From Octopus vulgaris (Eukaryota): 64,000 bases of DNA. Below, in pieces: positions 63,284 through 64,000 of the stretch. Below the pieces are notes generated by a model. It saw only the letters and a list, made by a program, of their open reading frames with translations, did not search any database and was not told where the DNA came from. A program made the position numbers and the translations under genes. Location: assembly GCA_951406725.2 (NCBI GenBank), contig OX597814.1, forward strand, positions 110,608,001-110,672,000, written 5' to 3'. Position 1 is the first letter of the stretch, and every line of letters starts with the position of its first letter.

Positions 63284-64000
63284 ATTATTATTGTTTGCTC
63301 AGTTTATTTCCTTTGGGTTGGAGCTTTTTCTTTTGCTTTTCCTGTCAAAATATTTAATAAAAAGTTGCGTCCCTTTACGTTGTTTACTGTTCAAATTTTG
63401 TCGTCGCTTTTTATCTTTATGGGACTCAATAAAATAACCACTTGTGAAATACTCGCTTCTGTTTAAGCGACTTTTTCCGCCTCCAAAATTTGTCGCTTTG
63501 TGATTATGTTATAAATCTATTTAAAACCACGAAAGATTTACCCTATTATACAATTTGTTTGAAATTTCTTTTGTTGTTATGTATAATATGGAATTCTAAG
63601 AAACCTACTTCTCACGCACTCAGCAACATGACTCAGCCATTCCAACGAAGTCGGGAATTTTGATTAAAATCCTTTCTTATAATTCCCAAATTTTTCCTTC
63701 ATTTACTTTTCTAGTTGATTTGCAATTAAAACTCATCTGTTTTTCAAGAACGTTCTGTTCCAAATTAAAATATCAAACACTTCACAGAAAAACGTTGACA
63801 AACAAAAACTTTCTTGACATTCTGACTAAGTCCAAATTACCTCATTAAAGACACTAATACACTTGACTCTACCCAACTTTTATGAACTAAAAGAGGAAAA
63901 ATCTGGTTACATTTTTATTGAGTCATTTCCTTGCAGCTGTTTTATTTTGTCTCCTGTTCTTTTTTCAGGACCAAACTATAAGCATCTCTCTAAATGTTGA

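Noticed and set aside
63969-64000. Next BolA exon
   Set aside because: Good acceptor, but it does not encode the conserved GSETHF motif; not annotated as CDS.

Overview
AT-rich, repeat-dense eukaryotic genomic DNA; the SINE and microsatellite complement strongly resembles Octopus (coleoid cephalopod; inference). Three genes are readable. (1) The 3' two-thirds of a UBE3B orthologue (HECT E3 ligase) on +: 19 GT-AG exons at 654-33757 that splice in frame (2246 nt, ending in TAG). (2) An intronless TECR (very-long-chain enoyl-CoA reductase) on - at 41385-42299, a probable retrogene. (3) The first four small coding exons of a mitochondrial BolA (BOLA1-like) gene on + at 49728-57738; the next expected exon was not found, so the gene probably continues beyond the window. 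The remainder is tRNA-derived SINEs, LINE relics (RTE, CR1, Dong/R4, CRE), a Gypsy-like LTR with a PBS, hAT, piggyBac, Tigger and Merlin/MULE-like non-autonomous DNA elements, and microsatellites. Almost all other ORFs in the track are repeat-derived or spurious. The most notable signal is several unrelated families of short palindromic insertions with 12-13 bp target-site duplications that carry minimal hammerhead-ribozyme motifs of the Penelope-like (PLE) type. One family has a tRNA-like (Pol III) head, and another has a compensatory G3:C8 swap in the catalytic core.
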